A stretch of 64,000 nt of DNA from an uncultured Fibrobacter sp. (GCA_946408125.1 CAMJQW010000005.1:2697-66696), one strand, 5' to 3'; shown: positions 9,632 to 19,086, counted from the first letter of the stretch. Notes: a model not told the origin generated them from the letters alone. Numbers and translations: made by a program.

Positions 9632-10593
9632 CAGTCCTCCAGCGCCAGCATCTGGACCTGGCACGCAAATTCAATCGAGATTTCGGTTCCCGCCTTCCCG
9701 CTCAAGTCTTCGCCATCGAGCTGCAGAAACTCATCCTCGGACAAGACCATCTTGAGCGAGCGCACCTTCCGAGACTTCAGGAAATACTTCTTGTAGATGC
9801 CGCCGACAACCGGGATGTTTCCGATGGCAATCGCCATCAAGAAATTGAACATGTTCGGCACGTCCACGACTTCCAGCAGGCCATCGGCCATTTTCGACTT
9901 GTAGAACGGGTTTGCACCGCTCGCAAAGCTCGGGATATTGCCCACGATCACGGTTCGGTGTCCCGTCGTGTCGATGGATTCGCACACGCCCTTGCTATCG
10001 CAGAAGCCGAGTGTCGAATGCTTCAGCACGTAGCCGCGGTCGGCAAAGAACCTGCGCACATAATGCAGCTTGTTCGCGATAACGGAATTGCTCGCGATAA
10101 CGCCGTTCGCGCGGTCGCTGTTGAAGTCATGCGCGATACGGGCATCGATTCCGCCCGAAAAATAGTTCGCCATGGCAAGCTTGCCGTTCACCTTCCAGAT
10201 ATCGAAAGGGCGGCTCTGGGCGCGAAGGAGCCTGCGCACCAGGAACAGGAGGCCACGGTCAACAAAAGGCTTGTAGAGGTGAAGCACGCGGGCAAGGTCG
10301 TTGCCCGTACCCAGCGGGATGAGCCCGATTTTAACGCGGTTCGCGTAATCGCCTGTAAGCATTGTCGAAAGAACGGCGGAAACAGTACCGTCTCCACCGA
10401 CGGCAACCAAGGTCTCCGTAGATTCAAGCGCTTCGCGAATCTGGTCCCTCATATCATGAGCACGCGTGAAATCCGATTTCCATTCGGATTCGGCGAAGCC
10501 CATCGACTTCATGATCTCGGGCAGGAACTGGAATATCACCTTACCCTGGCCGCCACCGCTAATGGGATTTATGAGGAACACGAACTTATACAT
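9631..10593 (-). CDS. Diacylglycerol/lipid kinase family protein
   Basis: NPISGGG, VGGDGTV, IPLGTGNDLAR, NYFSGGIDA, DGLLEV and QLDGE motifs. Confidence 0.9.
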   Translation of the reverse strand: MYKFVFLINPISGGGQGKVIFQFLPEIMKSMGFAESEWKSDFTRAHDMRDQIREALESTETLVAVGGDGTVSAVLSTMLTGDYANRVKIGLIPLGTGNDLARVLHLYKPFVDRGLLFLVRRLLRAQSRPFDIWKVNGKLAMANYFSGGIDARIAHDFNSDRANGVIASNSVIANKLHYVRRFFADRGYVLKHSTLGFCDSKGVCESIDTTGHRTVIVGNIPSFASGANPFYKSKMADGLLEVVDVPNMFNFLMAIAIGNIPVVGGIYKKYFLKSRKVRSLKMVLSEDEFLQLDGEDLSGKAGTEISIEFACQVQMLALED

Positions 10594-11101
10594 GCTTCAA
10601 CAGTTCGTCCTTCACATCGAGATAGTGCAAGACGCCTTCGTGCGCCTTGTGGATTTCGTCTTCGGTGAGTTCGCGGACCACGCGGGCAGGCGAACCAACA
10701 ACCAGCGAATTCTCCGGGAATTCCTTGCCCTGCGTAACGATCGCACCCGCGCCGACGACACAATTTTTCTTGATATGGGCGCCGTCCATCACGATGGCTC
10801 CCATGCCGATGAGCACGTTGTCGTCTATCGTGCAGGCATGCAAAATCGCGTTGTGCCCGACGGTCACTTCGTTACCTATCACGACGCCTTCGTCGAGCGA
10901 CAGGTGTACCGAGACATTGTCCTGAATGTTGGTGCGTTCGCCGACGACGATACTCGAAAGGTCGGCACGCAAGACCGCGTTGTAGAATACGGAGGAATCG
11001 TTACCGATGGTGACATCGCCCACGAGGCATGCCCCTTCGGCCACAAAGACCCTTTCGCCAATGACGGGGCGCTTGCCCTTGTATTCTACAATCGTACCCA
11101 T
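10586..11101 (-). CDS. Gamma carbonic anhydrase family (YrdA-like)
   Basis: GDVTIG, AVLRAD, TNIQDN-x-x-VH and TVGHNAILHAC motifs. Confidence 0.9.
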   Translation of the reverse strand: MGTIVEYKGKRPVIGERVFVAEGACLVGDVTIGNDSSVFYNAVLRADLSSIVVGERTNIQDNVSVHLSLDEGVVIGNEVTVGHNAILHACTIDDNVLIGMGAIVMDGAHIKKNCVVGAGAIVTQGKEFPENSLVVGSPARVVRELTEDEIHKAHEGVLHYLDVKDELLKHV

Positions 11102-11104
11102 AGT

Positions 11105-11623
11105 TTACTGTTTCAAGCCTACGATGGCCTTCCATTCATCCTGTTCGTCGGAACGCAGCAGCACGTAACCGGCGTTGTCAGCGAGAATGCCTACCGCCTT
11201 AGCCGTATCGCCCAAAGACATCGCATCCTTCGCATCTTCGAGCAGGTCCTTCATGGCGGTGCGCTTGTCGCTGATTTCGCCGAGGCGGTTCTGGCGGAGC
11301 ACTTCCATCGTGTCGCTCACGAAACCGAGATCCCACGTGCTGTCGTAGCAGGCTTCGGCAGCGGGCAGTCCCGCAACATCCGTTGCTGCGGCCACGTAAA
11401 GGGCATCGCAGCGGGCAAACATCGTGGCGCTCCTTTCCTTGGTGTACTTGTAATACTGGTATCCGCCGACAATCAGGGCGATAACGACCAGAAGGAACAC
11501 GCCGTCCTGCCAGCCCATCACCGGAGCAGACGGAAGCTTGGGCCTCCCGTTGACGGTCTCGCCAGCTTCGAGTTTTTCTTCAGCCTCGTCAAAGGGGCTC
11601 TTTCCATTCAAAAAACTGAACAT
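11105..11623 (-). CDS. Hypothetical single-pass membrane protein
   Basis: One TM helix (VFLLVVIALIVGG); tightly packed in the operon. Confidence 0.75.
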   Translation of the reverse strand: MFSFLNGKSPFDEAEEKLEAGETVNGRPKLPSAPVMGWQDGVFLLVVIALIVGGYQYYKYTKERSATMFARCDALYVAAATDVAGLPAAEACYDSTWDLGFVSDTMEVLRQNRLGEISDKRTAMKDLLEDAKDAMSLGDTAKAVGILADNAGYVLLRSDEQDEWKAIVGLKQ

Positions 11624-11631
11624 ATTATTCC

Positions 11632-12078
11632 CTATTTTTTTGAAAATGCGTCAAAGACGCGTGCATACAAGTAAATCTGTTTAAGCAGGCTTGCAAACCC
11701 GTTTGACCGGGTCGGCGAAAGCCCAACGTTCAATCCGATTTCCTGGAAGAATGCCGGATCCACGGAAAGGATGTCGGAGGGCGCCATGTCATTGTAGACC
11801 CGCAGGGCGAGCGCACCGAGGCCGCGGCTGATGAGCGGGTTCGTCGTTCCCCCTTCCACGTCCATCTCGAAATGGATCTTGCCGTCGGCAAAGCGCGGGA
11901 CCAGGTACATCGTGGACGCACATCCCTGGATAATGAACTTTTCCGCCTTGAGGCTCGCATCCATTCCCGGATGGGCCTTCGCGAGGTCCAGAAGGAATTT
12001 CCACTTGTCGTCGGGATCGGTGAAGCCGGCGAACTTTTTCCGGATATCCTCGAGGCGCGCTTGAATCGTTTCAGACAT
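11632..12078 (-). CDS. sufE: SufE family Fe-S assembly protein
   Basis: IQGCAS (catalytic Cys), ISRGL and LSPTRSNGF motifs. Confidence 0.88.
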   Translation of the reverse strand: MSETIQARLEDIRKKFAGFTDPDDKWKFLLDLAKAHPGMDASLKAEKFIIQGCASTMYLVPRFADGKIHFEMDVEGGTTNPLISRGLGALALRVYNDMAPSDILSVDPAFFQEIGLNVGLSPTRSNGFASLLKQIYLYARVFDAFSKK

Positions 12079-12093
12079 TTCTACACTCCGGCC

Positions 12094-13293
12094 CTAATGC
12101 AAGAACGAGCGCATCTTCCAGATGAGGGACGGACACGCCCAGAGCACGTTGAAGAAAATACGGAACAGGGTCTGCTTTTCGCGCGGCATGGCGGACAGGC
12201 GCTTTGCCGCGCGGTCGAACTGGCGGTCGCTGATGCTATTGAAGGCGCCCTTCGCACGGGCAAGCTGCCTGTGCGATTTTCCGAGGGCCTCCATCCAGCG
12301 GACAAGAGCCTGGGATTCCGCGCGTTCGCGATCGGCTTGCGTACCGGCGTCCAGCCAGTCCTTGACGCATTCCGCGACAATCTTGCCGCACAGGAGGCTT
12401 TCCACGATTCCCGAACGGCTGATGGGGTTCACGCAGCTCGCGGCATCGCCCGCCTTGAAGAGCCCGCATTTCGCAAGGGGCTTCGACTCCGGACCGGTAC
12501 ATGCGATAGTCCCGCCATAGACGGCCTTCACCTTCGCCTGCGGATAGTCACGCGCAATGAAGTCGAGCAGTTTCTGGCGCAGGGAACCCTCGTGGGTGGC
12601 GTCCTTGCCGAGCACGAAGCCGATATTCACTTCCACCCCGTCACGCGGGAAAATCCAGCCGTAGCCGGACTTGAATTCGGAACCGAAGAAGAGCTCGATA
12701 TGCTCCCTGCTGTGTTCGATTCCTTCGGCAACCGCAAAGATTCCCGGTTCAAGGTCTACGTCGCCGGACTCGATGCCTTCAAGGCAATCCAGCCCGCGGG
12801 TCAAGCGGCATCCGGGGCCCGTCGCGTCGACAACCGTCTTCGCCGAAATAGAGCAGGATTCTCCGCCGACGGCAACCGTCAGCTGCCAGCTGTCGCCCAC
12901 GCGTTCAAGCTTCTTGATCAGGGCGTCGTAGCGGCATTCCACGCCAGCGGCAGCACAGCCGTCCGCTATGGAACGGTGGAAGCGAGCGCGGTCCAGTATG
13001 AGCCCGCAATCCTTGCTGTAGAATTCGGCCCTGTAACGCTTGGGAGAGGTAAAATAGATTCCGGACAGCGTGCCACGCACGAAGGCCGGGTCAACAGGCC
13101 AGAGGGCGTTCAGGCGGTCCGTGGACACGGCCTCGGCACAAAAAATCGGTTCTTTCCAGGGGTCCTTCTTGTCCAAAAGGAGAATCCGTCTGGCACCGCC
13201 GGTCAACCTACCGAGGGTGCACGCGGCCATTAGACCGGCAGGACCGGCCCCGCAAATCACGGTGTCGTACTCTTTTGAAAGAAAAAAAGCCAT
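12094..13293 (-). CDS. Geranylgeranyl reductase family FAD-dependent oxidoreductase
   Basis: GAGPAG, IFCAEAVS, VVDATG, GYGWIFP and GDAASCVNPISRSGI motifs. Start uncertain, ATG 13293 chosen. Confidence 0.8.
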   Translation of the reverse strand: MAFFLSKEYDTVICGAGPAGLMAACTLGRLTGGARRILLLDKKDPWKEPIFCAEAVSTDRLNALWPVDPAFVRGTLSGIYFTSPKRYRAEFYSKDCGLILDRARFHRSIADGCAAAGVECRYDALIKKLERVGDSWQLTVAVGGESCSISAKTVVDATGPGCRLTRGLDCLEGIESGDVDLEPGIFAVAEGIEHSREHIELFFGSEFKSGYGWIFPRDGVEVNIGFVLGKDATHEGSLRQKLLDFIARDYPQAKVKAVYGGTIACTGPESKPLAKCGLFKAGDAASCVNPISRSGIVESLLCGKIVAECVKDWLDAGTQADRERAESQALVRWMEALGKSHRQLARAKGAFNSISDRQFDRAAKRLSAMPREKQTLFRIFFNVLWACPSLIWKMRSFLH

Positions 13294-13406
13294 TTCAGAG
13301 TCAAAATTAGCATTTATTTGTTCAGTTTTTTGAATTATTTTGTAGTTTTGCAATTTTTTTTAGTTATTTTAGGGCTATCCGTTACTCAAGATTTTCCATA
13401 AAGGGA

Positions 13407-14849
13407 ATGTTACATATGAAAATGAAAAAAGCATCCAAACTTGGCCTCTGCCTCCTGGGCGCTCTTGCAATCAACTGCTTTGCACAAGACAACTGGAATG
13501 GCAAGGACCTGAACGTATCCTTCCGCGACAAGCGTATCGATGGTTTCGACTTCCGCGATTCCAGGGCAGTCAAGAATGTAACCGATTTCCAGCGCGCTGC
13601 CGGTGAGGGGCCCAGATTCGATGGAGCCAACCTCCCGGAAGTATCCTTCCAGAACGCCGTGATCAACTCCGCGAGCTTCAAGAACGCGAACCTTTCCAAG
13701 GCAACCATCAGCGGTGCTGACATCCGCTCCTCCTCGTTCAAGGGTGCCAACATGGAAAGCGCGAACCTCTACCGTGCGACCCTCCTCGATAGCGAATTCC
13801 CGCAGGCCGACCTGAAGAACGCCCGTCTCGACGCCATGAAGGTGTCCGACAACGCCGACTTCAGCAAGGCGGACCTCTCGCAGGCCTCCGTCATGGACGT
13901 CGACCTTACCGGTGCCGACTTCAGCAAGGCGAACCTCACGAACGCGAACTTCTCCCGTTCCCTCATGGCTAACTCGAACCTCAGGAAGGCGACCCTCGTC
14001 AAGACGGACTTCACCGCCTGTAACCTGATTGCCGCCAACTTCAAGGGCACGGACCTCGTCAACGTGAACTTCTCGAAGGCAGGTCTTTCCCAGGCCGAAT
14101 TCGGCGGTGCCGAATTCCAGAACGTGAACCTCCAGGAAGCGGACCTCTCGTTGACTACGTTCAATGACGTCGACCTCTCCAAAACGCAGCTTCAGAAGGC
14201 CAAGTTCGCCCAGTCCCTCGTGAAGAACATGAACTTCAGGGGTCAGGACCTCACCGGCGTCATCTTCGACAAGGGCACGGTCTCCAAGAGCGAATTCGAA
14301 AAGGCCAAGCTGAACAAGACCTCCTACTTCGACGCCGCCGTCGAAAAGAACGTGTTCAAGGAAGCCGAACTCATGAAGGCCGTCTTCGACGGTGCCTACG
14401 TGTTCAAGGACATCTTCGACAAGGCTGACCTCACCAAGGCCAACTTCGCGAACTCCACCATCGAACGTTCCGACTTCAACCTCGCCCAGCTGTCCGGTGC
14501 AAGCTTCGCCGGTGCAAAGCTCGTCAAGGTGAGCTTCCTCAACGCGAACATGCAGGGCATCAAGATCGACGCGGACACCAAGATGGATGACGTCGACTTC
14601 TCCGGTGCCGACCTGAGCAACGCGAAGATCGAAAAGTTCACCGCCAAGAAGGTGATCTACGATAACAAGACCAAGTTCCCGAGCGGTTTCGACCCGCGCC
14701 AGTACGGCTTCACCAAGCGTGGTGAAAAGGCCGCCGACATCAAGGTGGAAGGCAAGAAGAAGAAGCCGGCCGCCGATGATGGCGACGAAGACCAGCCGAG
14801 AAAGAAGAAGAAGAAAAAACGCCGTTCTTCTGATGACGACGACGAATAA
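13407..14849 (+). CDS. Secreted pentapeptide-repeat protein
   Basis: N-terminal signal peptide (KKASKLGLCLLGALAINCFA), long A(D/N)(L/F)xx repeat array, Lys/Asp-rich tail. True start may be a downstream Met (13416 or 13422). Confidence 0.88.
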   Translation: MLHMKMKKASKLGLCLLGALAINCFAQDNWNGKDLNVSFRDKRIDGFDFRDSRAVKNVTDFQRAAGEGPRFDGANLPEVSFQNAVINSASFKNANLSKATISGADIRSSSFKGANMESANLYRATLLDSEFPQADLKNARLDAMKVSDNADFSKADLSQASVMDVDLTGADFSKANLTNANFSRSLMANSNLRKATLVKTDFTACNLIAANFKGTDLVNVNFSKAGLSQAEFGGAEFQNVNLQEADLSLTTFNDVDLSKTQLQKAKFAQSLVKNMNFRGQDLTGVIFDKGTVSKSEFEKAKLNKTSYFDAAVEKNVFKEAELMKAVFDGAYVFKDIFDKADLTKANFANSTIERSDFNLAQLSGASFAGAKLVKVSFLNANMQGIKIDADTKMDDVDFSGADLSNAKIEKFTAKKVIYDNKTKFPSGFDPRQYGFTKRGEKAADIKVEGKKKKPAADDGDEDQPRKKKKKKRRSSDDDDE

Positions 14850-14870
14850 TCTTCCCTGACTAACGGATTT

Positions 14871-14899
14871 AAAGAGGCGCCCCCGCGGGCGCCTTTTTT
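14871..14899. terminator. Terminator between convergent genes (likely bidirectional)
   Basis: AGGCGCCC-ccgc-GGGCGCCT stem with a T-run after and AAAG before. Confidence 0.75.
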
Positions 14900-14912
14900 G
14901 TTTGATTATTTG

Positions 14913-16295
14913 TTATTTCTTGTCGGAAAGCCAGCTTACCGCTTCGGACAGGTTATGCACCCGCACAATGCGGATTCCCGAGATGGAGTCCGGAAGCTTG
15001 CCTCCGGCCGGGACGATTGCCTCGTCCATACCGAGCCTCTTCGCTTCCTTGAGGCGCTGTTCCAGGAGGCTCACACTCCGGACCTCACCCGAGAGTCCAA
15101 GCTCCCCTATCGCGACGGTCTGGCGGCGGAGCGGGATACCAAGGTGGTTGCTCGCGATGGCAAGAGCGAGCGCCAGGTCCGACGAGCCGTCGTTCACCTT
15201 CATGCCGCCCGCGATATTGACGAACACGTCGGACATGCCCACTGCGACGCCGCCGAACTTCTCGAGCAGCGCGAGGATGATGGTGAGACGCTTGGGATCG
15301 ATGCCCACAGCCACGCGCTGCGGGACGGCATAGCCCGTCTGGCTCACCAGCGCCTGGCATTCGAAGAGCATCGCGCGCGAGCCCTCGAGCGTGCAGCACA
15401 CGACGCTCCCGGGGGCCGGGGCCGCGTTTTCTTGCAGAAAGACCTTGCTCGGGTTCTCCACCGATTCGAGGCCGTGGCCCGTCATCTCGAAGACACCGAT
15501 TTCGTCGGTGGCGCCAAAGCGATTCTTGATGGTGCGGAGCAATCGGTACTGGTGGTTGCGGTCACCCTCGAAATAGACGACTGTATCGACCATGTGCTCC
15601 AGGATGCGCGGTCCCGCAATCTGGCCGTCCTTGGTGACATGCCCGATGAGGATCGTGATGCAGCCGGAGTTCTTCGCAAATACCATCAGGTCGAGCGTGC
15701 ATTCGCGCAGCTGGCTCGCGCTGCCGGGAGTGCCGGGCAGTTCGGGCTTGTACATCGTCTGGATGGAATCGATAACCAATACCTGCGGCTTGATTTCTTC
15801 GGCCTGCCGGATGACCTTCTCGAGGCTCGTTTCGCAGAGCAGGAGCATGTCGGAGCCCGAGACGTTCAGGCGTTCGCTGCGAAGCTTCACCTGGCAGGCG
15901 CTCTCTTCGCCCGAGACATACAGGCTCTTGACGCCGGCGGCTGTCATGGTGGCGAGCGTCGTCAACACCAGGGTGGACTTGCCGATTCCCGGGTCGCCAC
16001 CAATGAGCACCAGGGAACCTGGTGCGAGCCCGCCACCAAGCACGCGGTCGAACTCGCTGTTGGCGGTGCTCAGCCGCCGCGTATCCTCGGTAGCGACTTC
16101 CTTGAGCGGGACGACTTTATGAATGGGGCCGCCCAGGCCCCTCCCGCTGCCCCCGTTGTCGGAAGACCGCTCGACCGCATGTTCCTTGAGAGTATTCCAC
16201 GCCCCGCAGAAAGGGCACTTGCCCACCCACTTCGGGGTGGTGTTGCCGCAATCCGTGCACAAGAATTCAATTTCTTTCTTTGATTTCGTTCCCAT
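14913..16295 (-). CDS. radA: DNA repair protein RadA/Sms
   Basis: CTDCG...KWVGKCPFCGAW zinc finger, GGDPGIGKSTL, KNRFG and GELGLSGEVR. Confidence 0.96.
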   Translation of the reverse strand: MGTKSKKEIEFLCTDCGNTTPKWVGKCPFCGAWNTLKEHAVERSSDNGGSGRGLGGPIHKVVPLKEVATEDTRRLSTANSEFDRVLGGGLAPGSLVLIGGDPGIGKSTLVLTTLATMTAAGVKSLYVSGEESACQVKLRSERLNVSGSDMLLLCETSLEKVIRQAEEIKPQVLVIDSIQTMYKPELPGTPGSASQLRECTLDLMVFAKNSGCITILIGHVTKDGQIAGPRILEHMVDTVVYFEGDRNHQYRLLRTIKNRFGATDEIGVFEMTGHGLESVENPSKVFLQENAAPAPGSVVCCTLEGSRAMLFECQALVSQTGYAVPQRVAVGIDPKRLTIILALLEKFGGVAVGMSDVFVNIAGGMKVNDGSSDLALALAIASNHLGIPLRRQTVAIGELGLSGEVRSVSLLEQRLKEAKRLGMDEAIVPAGGKLPDSISGIRIVRVHNLSEAVSWLSDKK

Positions 16296-16357
16296 GCCAT
16301 TTAATATAGCAATAGGATGGTGACAATTTGTGTCGCAGTGCTCAAATTTTCACTATT

Positions 16358-17176
16358 TTACGGAAATTCAGTCCGGACGAAGAATTCCACGCGGTGTCCG
16401 GTCTCGAAACCGAATAGGTAGCCGCGGTTCATCTCGTAGCCCACGCCCATTCCGAGGGGGAACGGGAGCCCGCCGAAATACTTGGCGACATCGCCGCGCA
16501 TCCTGAATCCGCGGTACATGTCGTCCATCTTGCGGTAAGGCTTGAGCATATTCATGTTTTCGCTTTCCTCGATACGCCAGCGGAAAAGGTAGGCATACGA
16601 GACGCGCCATCCGGAGCGCGCCTTGCGGTCCCAGAAGACATCCCACACGAAAGACGCCTTGACGCCGAGCTCGTCGCCGGGCTGATAATTCTCGTCTTCG
16701 ACGAACGTGTAGTACTGGCCGCTCATGCCGAGCAGCATAGACCTGCTGAACCTGTACAAGAACATCGGTTCCACGCCGAGCCTATTGAAGCGGTTGACAC
16801 GGCCCCCCTCGCCCGGCTGGTCACGCCATTCCAGCGCCACGCCAAAGAAATCGAACGGGAAATACTTCGCTCCCACGTAAGATTCGTTGAGGCCGTTCAC
16901 CTGGAGGTTCACATATTCGTGCAATTGGTCGTGCCACATCGTTTCCCACTGGTAGCTTACGAACCGGTACGACATGTCGGCATAGAAGCTGAAGCAGCTG
17001 CACGGGGCGACTTCCACCGACCAGCCGAGATCCGCGCTGTACACGTCGTCACGAAGTTCGCCGAAAGCGCCCACCTCGATGGCGTTGCGCGGGGGAAGCA
17101 CCGGACGGAGGACTTCCGTAGCGCCCGCCTGCCAAATAAGCGCAAAAGCAATCAGTATGATAAGCCGCTTGACCAC
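16358..17176 (-). CDS. Hypothetical exported, probably outer-membrane beta-stranded protein
   Basis: Signal peptide from GTG 17176 (VKRLIILIAFALIWQAGA); aromatic-rich alternating strands; ends VEFFVRTEFP. Confidence 0.65.
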   Translation of the reverse strand: MVKRLIILIAFALIWQAGATEVLRPVLPPRNAIEVGAFGELRDDVYSADLGWSVEVAPCSCFSFYADMSYRFVSYQWETMWHDQLHEYVNLQVNGLNESYVGAKYFPFDFFGVALEWRDQPGEGGRVNRFNRLGVEPMFLYRFSRSMLLGMSGQYYTFVEDENYQPGDELGVKASFVWDVFWDRKARSGWRVSYAYLFRWRIEESENMNMLKPYRKMDDMYRGFRMRGDVAKYFGGLPFPLGMGVGYEMNRGYLFGFETGHRVEFFVRTEFP

Positions 17177-17240
17177 GGAGCAAAAGATAGAATTATATAT
17201 TTGAAGCGTATAATCATTAAACGATGTCCAAGGTTTTATT

Positions 17241-18374
17241 ATGAAGAATATCGTCATTACCGGTGGTGCCGGATTTATCGGAAGCCACGTGGTTCGCCTG
17301 TTTGTGAATAAGTATCCTGAATACAAGATTATCAACCTCGACAAGCTTACCTACGCGGGCAACCTCGCGAACCTGAAAGACATTGAAGACAAGCCGAACT
17401 ACAAGTTCGTGAAGATGGACATCTGCGACTTCGACGCCTTCTACAAGCTCATGCAAGACGAGAAGATCGACGGCATCATCCACCTTGCGGCAGAAAGCCA
17501 CGTGGACCGTTCCATCAAGGACCCGTTCACCTTCGCGAAGACGAACGTGATGGGCACGCTTTCGCTCTTGCAGGCCGCGAAGCTCTACTGGGAAAGCCTC
17601 CCGGAAAAGTACGAAGGCAAGCGCTTCTACCATATCTCCACTGACGAAGTCTACGGTGCTCTCAAGATGAACCACCCGGAAGGCATCACGCCTCCGTTCA
17701 CCACGACGGCTTCGAGCTCGGAACATCACCTGGCCTACGGCGACGACTTCTTCTACGAGACGACGAAGTACACGCCGCACTCTCCGTATTCCGCATCCAA
17801 GGCGGGTTCCGACCACTTCGTGCGTGCGTTCCACGATACCTACGGCATGCCGACCATCGTGACGAACTGCTCCAACAACTACGGTCCGTACCAGTTCCCC
17901 GAAAAGCTCATCCCGCTTTTCATCAACAACATCCGCCACAAGAAGCCGCTTCCGGTTTACGGCAAGGGCGAGAACGTGCGCGACTGGCTCTTCGTGGAAG
18001 ACCATGCCCGCGCCATCGACGTGATTTTCCATAACGGGAAGATTGCCGAGACGTACAACATCGGCGGCTTCAACGAATGGAAGAACATCGACATCATCAA
18101 GGTCGTGATCAAGACTGTCGACAGGCTGCTCGGCCGCGCGGAAGGCGAGGACATGAACCTCATCACCTACGTGACCGACCGCCTGGGCCACGATGCCCGC
18201 TACGCCATCGACTCCACCAAGCTCCAGAAGGAGTTGGGCTGGGAACCGTCCCTGCAGTTCGAAGAAGGCATCGAGAAGACGGTGCGCTGGTACCTCGACA
18301 ACCAGGAATGGCTCGACAATATCACGAGCGGTGACTACGAAAAATATTACGAAACGATGTACAAGAACCGCTAG
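17241..18374 (+). CDS. rfbB: dTDP-glucose 4,6-dehydratase
   Basis: ITGGAGFIGS, DKLTYAGN, HLAAESHVDRS, HISTDEVYG, SPYSASK and NNYGPYQFPEKLIP. Confidence 0.96.
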   Translation: MKNIVITGGAGFIGSHVVRLFVNKYPEYKIINLDKLTYAGNLANLKDIEDKPNYKFVKMDICDFDAFYKLMQDEKIDGIIHLAAESHVDRSIKDPFTFAKTNVMGTLSLLQAAKLYWESLPEKYEGKRFYHISTDEVYGALKMNHPEGITPPFTTTASSSEHHLAYGDDFFYETTKYTPHSPYSASKAGSDHFVRAFHDTYGMPTIVTNCSNNYGPYQFPEKLIPLFINNIRHKKPLPVYGKGENVRDWLFVEDHARAIDVIFHNGKIAETYNIGGFNEWKNIDIIKVVIKTVDRLLGRAEGEDMNLITYVTDRLGHDARYAIDSTKLQKELGWEPSLQFEEGIEKTVRWYLDNQEWLDNITSGDYEKYYETMYKNR

Positions 18375-18390
18375 GCGCCTTGCGCACTAG

Positions 18391-18621
18391 CTACTTGGCC
18401 AAATCGAGATTGACAAGGACCTTGTAGAGAGAGTCCGTCTTCACCTGCAGGGAATCAAGCGTCTTCTGGAGCGACTGAATTTCTCCATTCAGTTGCGCAT
18501 TCTTCGCGGTGAGCTCCGCAATCTGCGCTTCTGCTGCAGGATCGCCGCATGCAACTAAAGTTGACACGACGAACACAAAAAAGAAAAACACCGTAGAGCA
18601 AATCACATTTTTCTTATTCAT
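18391..18621 (-). CDS. Small coiled-coil lipoprotein
   Basis: Lipobox LVAC after a hydrophobic stretch; heptad-like mature region. Confidence 0.7.
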   Translation of the reverse strand: MNKKNVICSTVFFFFVFVVSTLVACGDPAAEAQIAELTAKNAQLNGEIQSLQKTLDSLQVKTDSLYKVLVNLDLAK

Positions 18622-18693
18622 ACAAACAAAAGTAGCTTTTTTTCTAAAAAAACTTTATATTTCATAACAAGAAATCACCCCACGCGGCTTATT

Positions 18694-19068
18694 ATGTTAG
18701 ATGAACTCTGGAATCGTTTCAAGGGCACCGGTTATTCCGGGTCCGTATCCGTCAAGTCCGAAAGCGGAGACGGCCAGATTCATTTCGCATTGAAAAGCGA
18801 CTCCAGCGACGACGACTCCTTCATCCACGAAGCCATCTACGAGATGGACCCGGACTACATGGCAGTCTGCGTCATCCGCTCCGGATTTACAGGCGATACG
18901 GGCTCGCTGCCCGTTGTCGGTATAGAGGGTTGGCAATCCGATAAAGGACGGGCCGCGGAAGCCCTCGACAACGCGATACTCGAAGGACTCGGCCACAAGA
19001 AGGCTTTTGTCATCAAGGGTTCCGGCGCGGTCGTAAAGTTCGGATACGAAGGCGACACCATCGTCTAA
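18694..19068 (+). CDS. Hypothetical protein, possibly a degenerate class II aldolase/adducin fold
   Basis: Fills the gap between genes. HEAIYE-x-x-PD-x-x-AV and AFVIKGSG resemble aldolase II segments. Confidence 0.6.
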   Translation: MLDELWNRFKGTGYSGSVSVKSESGDGQIHFALKSDSSDDDSFIHEAIYEMDPDYMAVCVIRSGFTGDTGSLPVVGIEGWQSDKGRAAEALDNAILEGLGHKKAFVIKGSGAVVKFGYEGDTIV

Positions 19069-19086
19069 TTTGCTATTATTCCCGTC

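Noticed and set aside
13407-14849. Qnr/MfpA-type quinolone resistance protein
   Set aside because: It has a signal peptide and is about twice the length, so it is unlikely to reach cytoplasmic topoisomerases.
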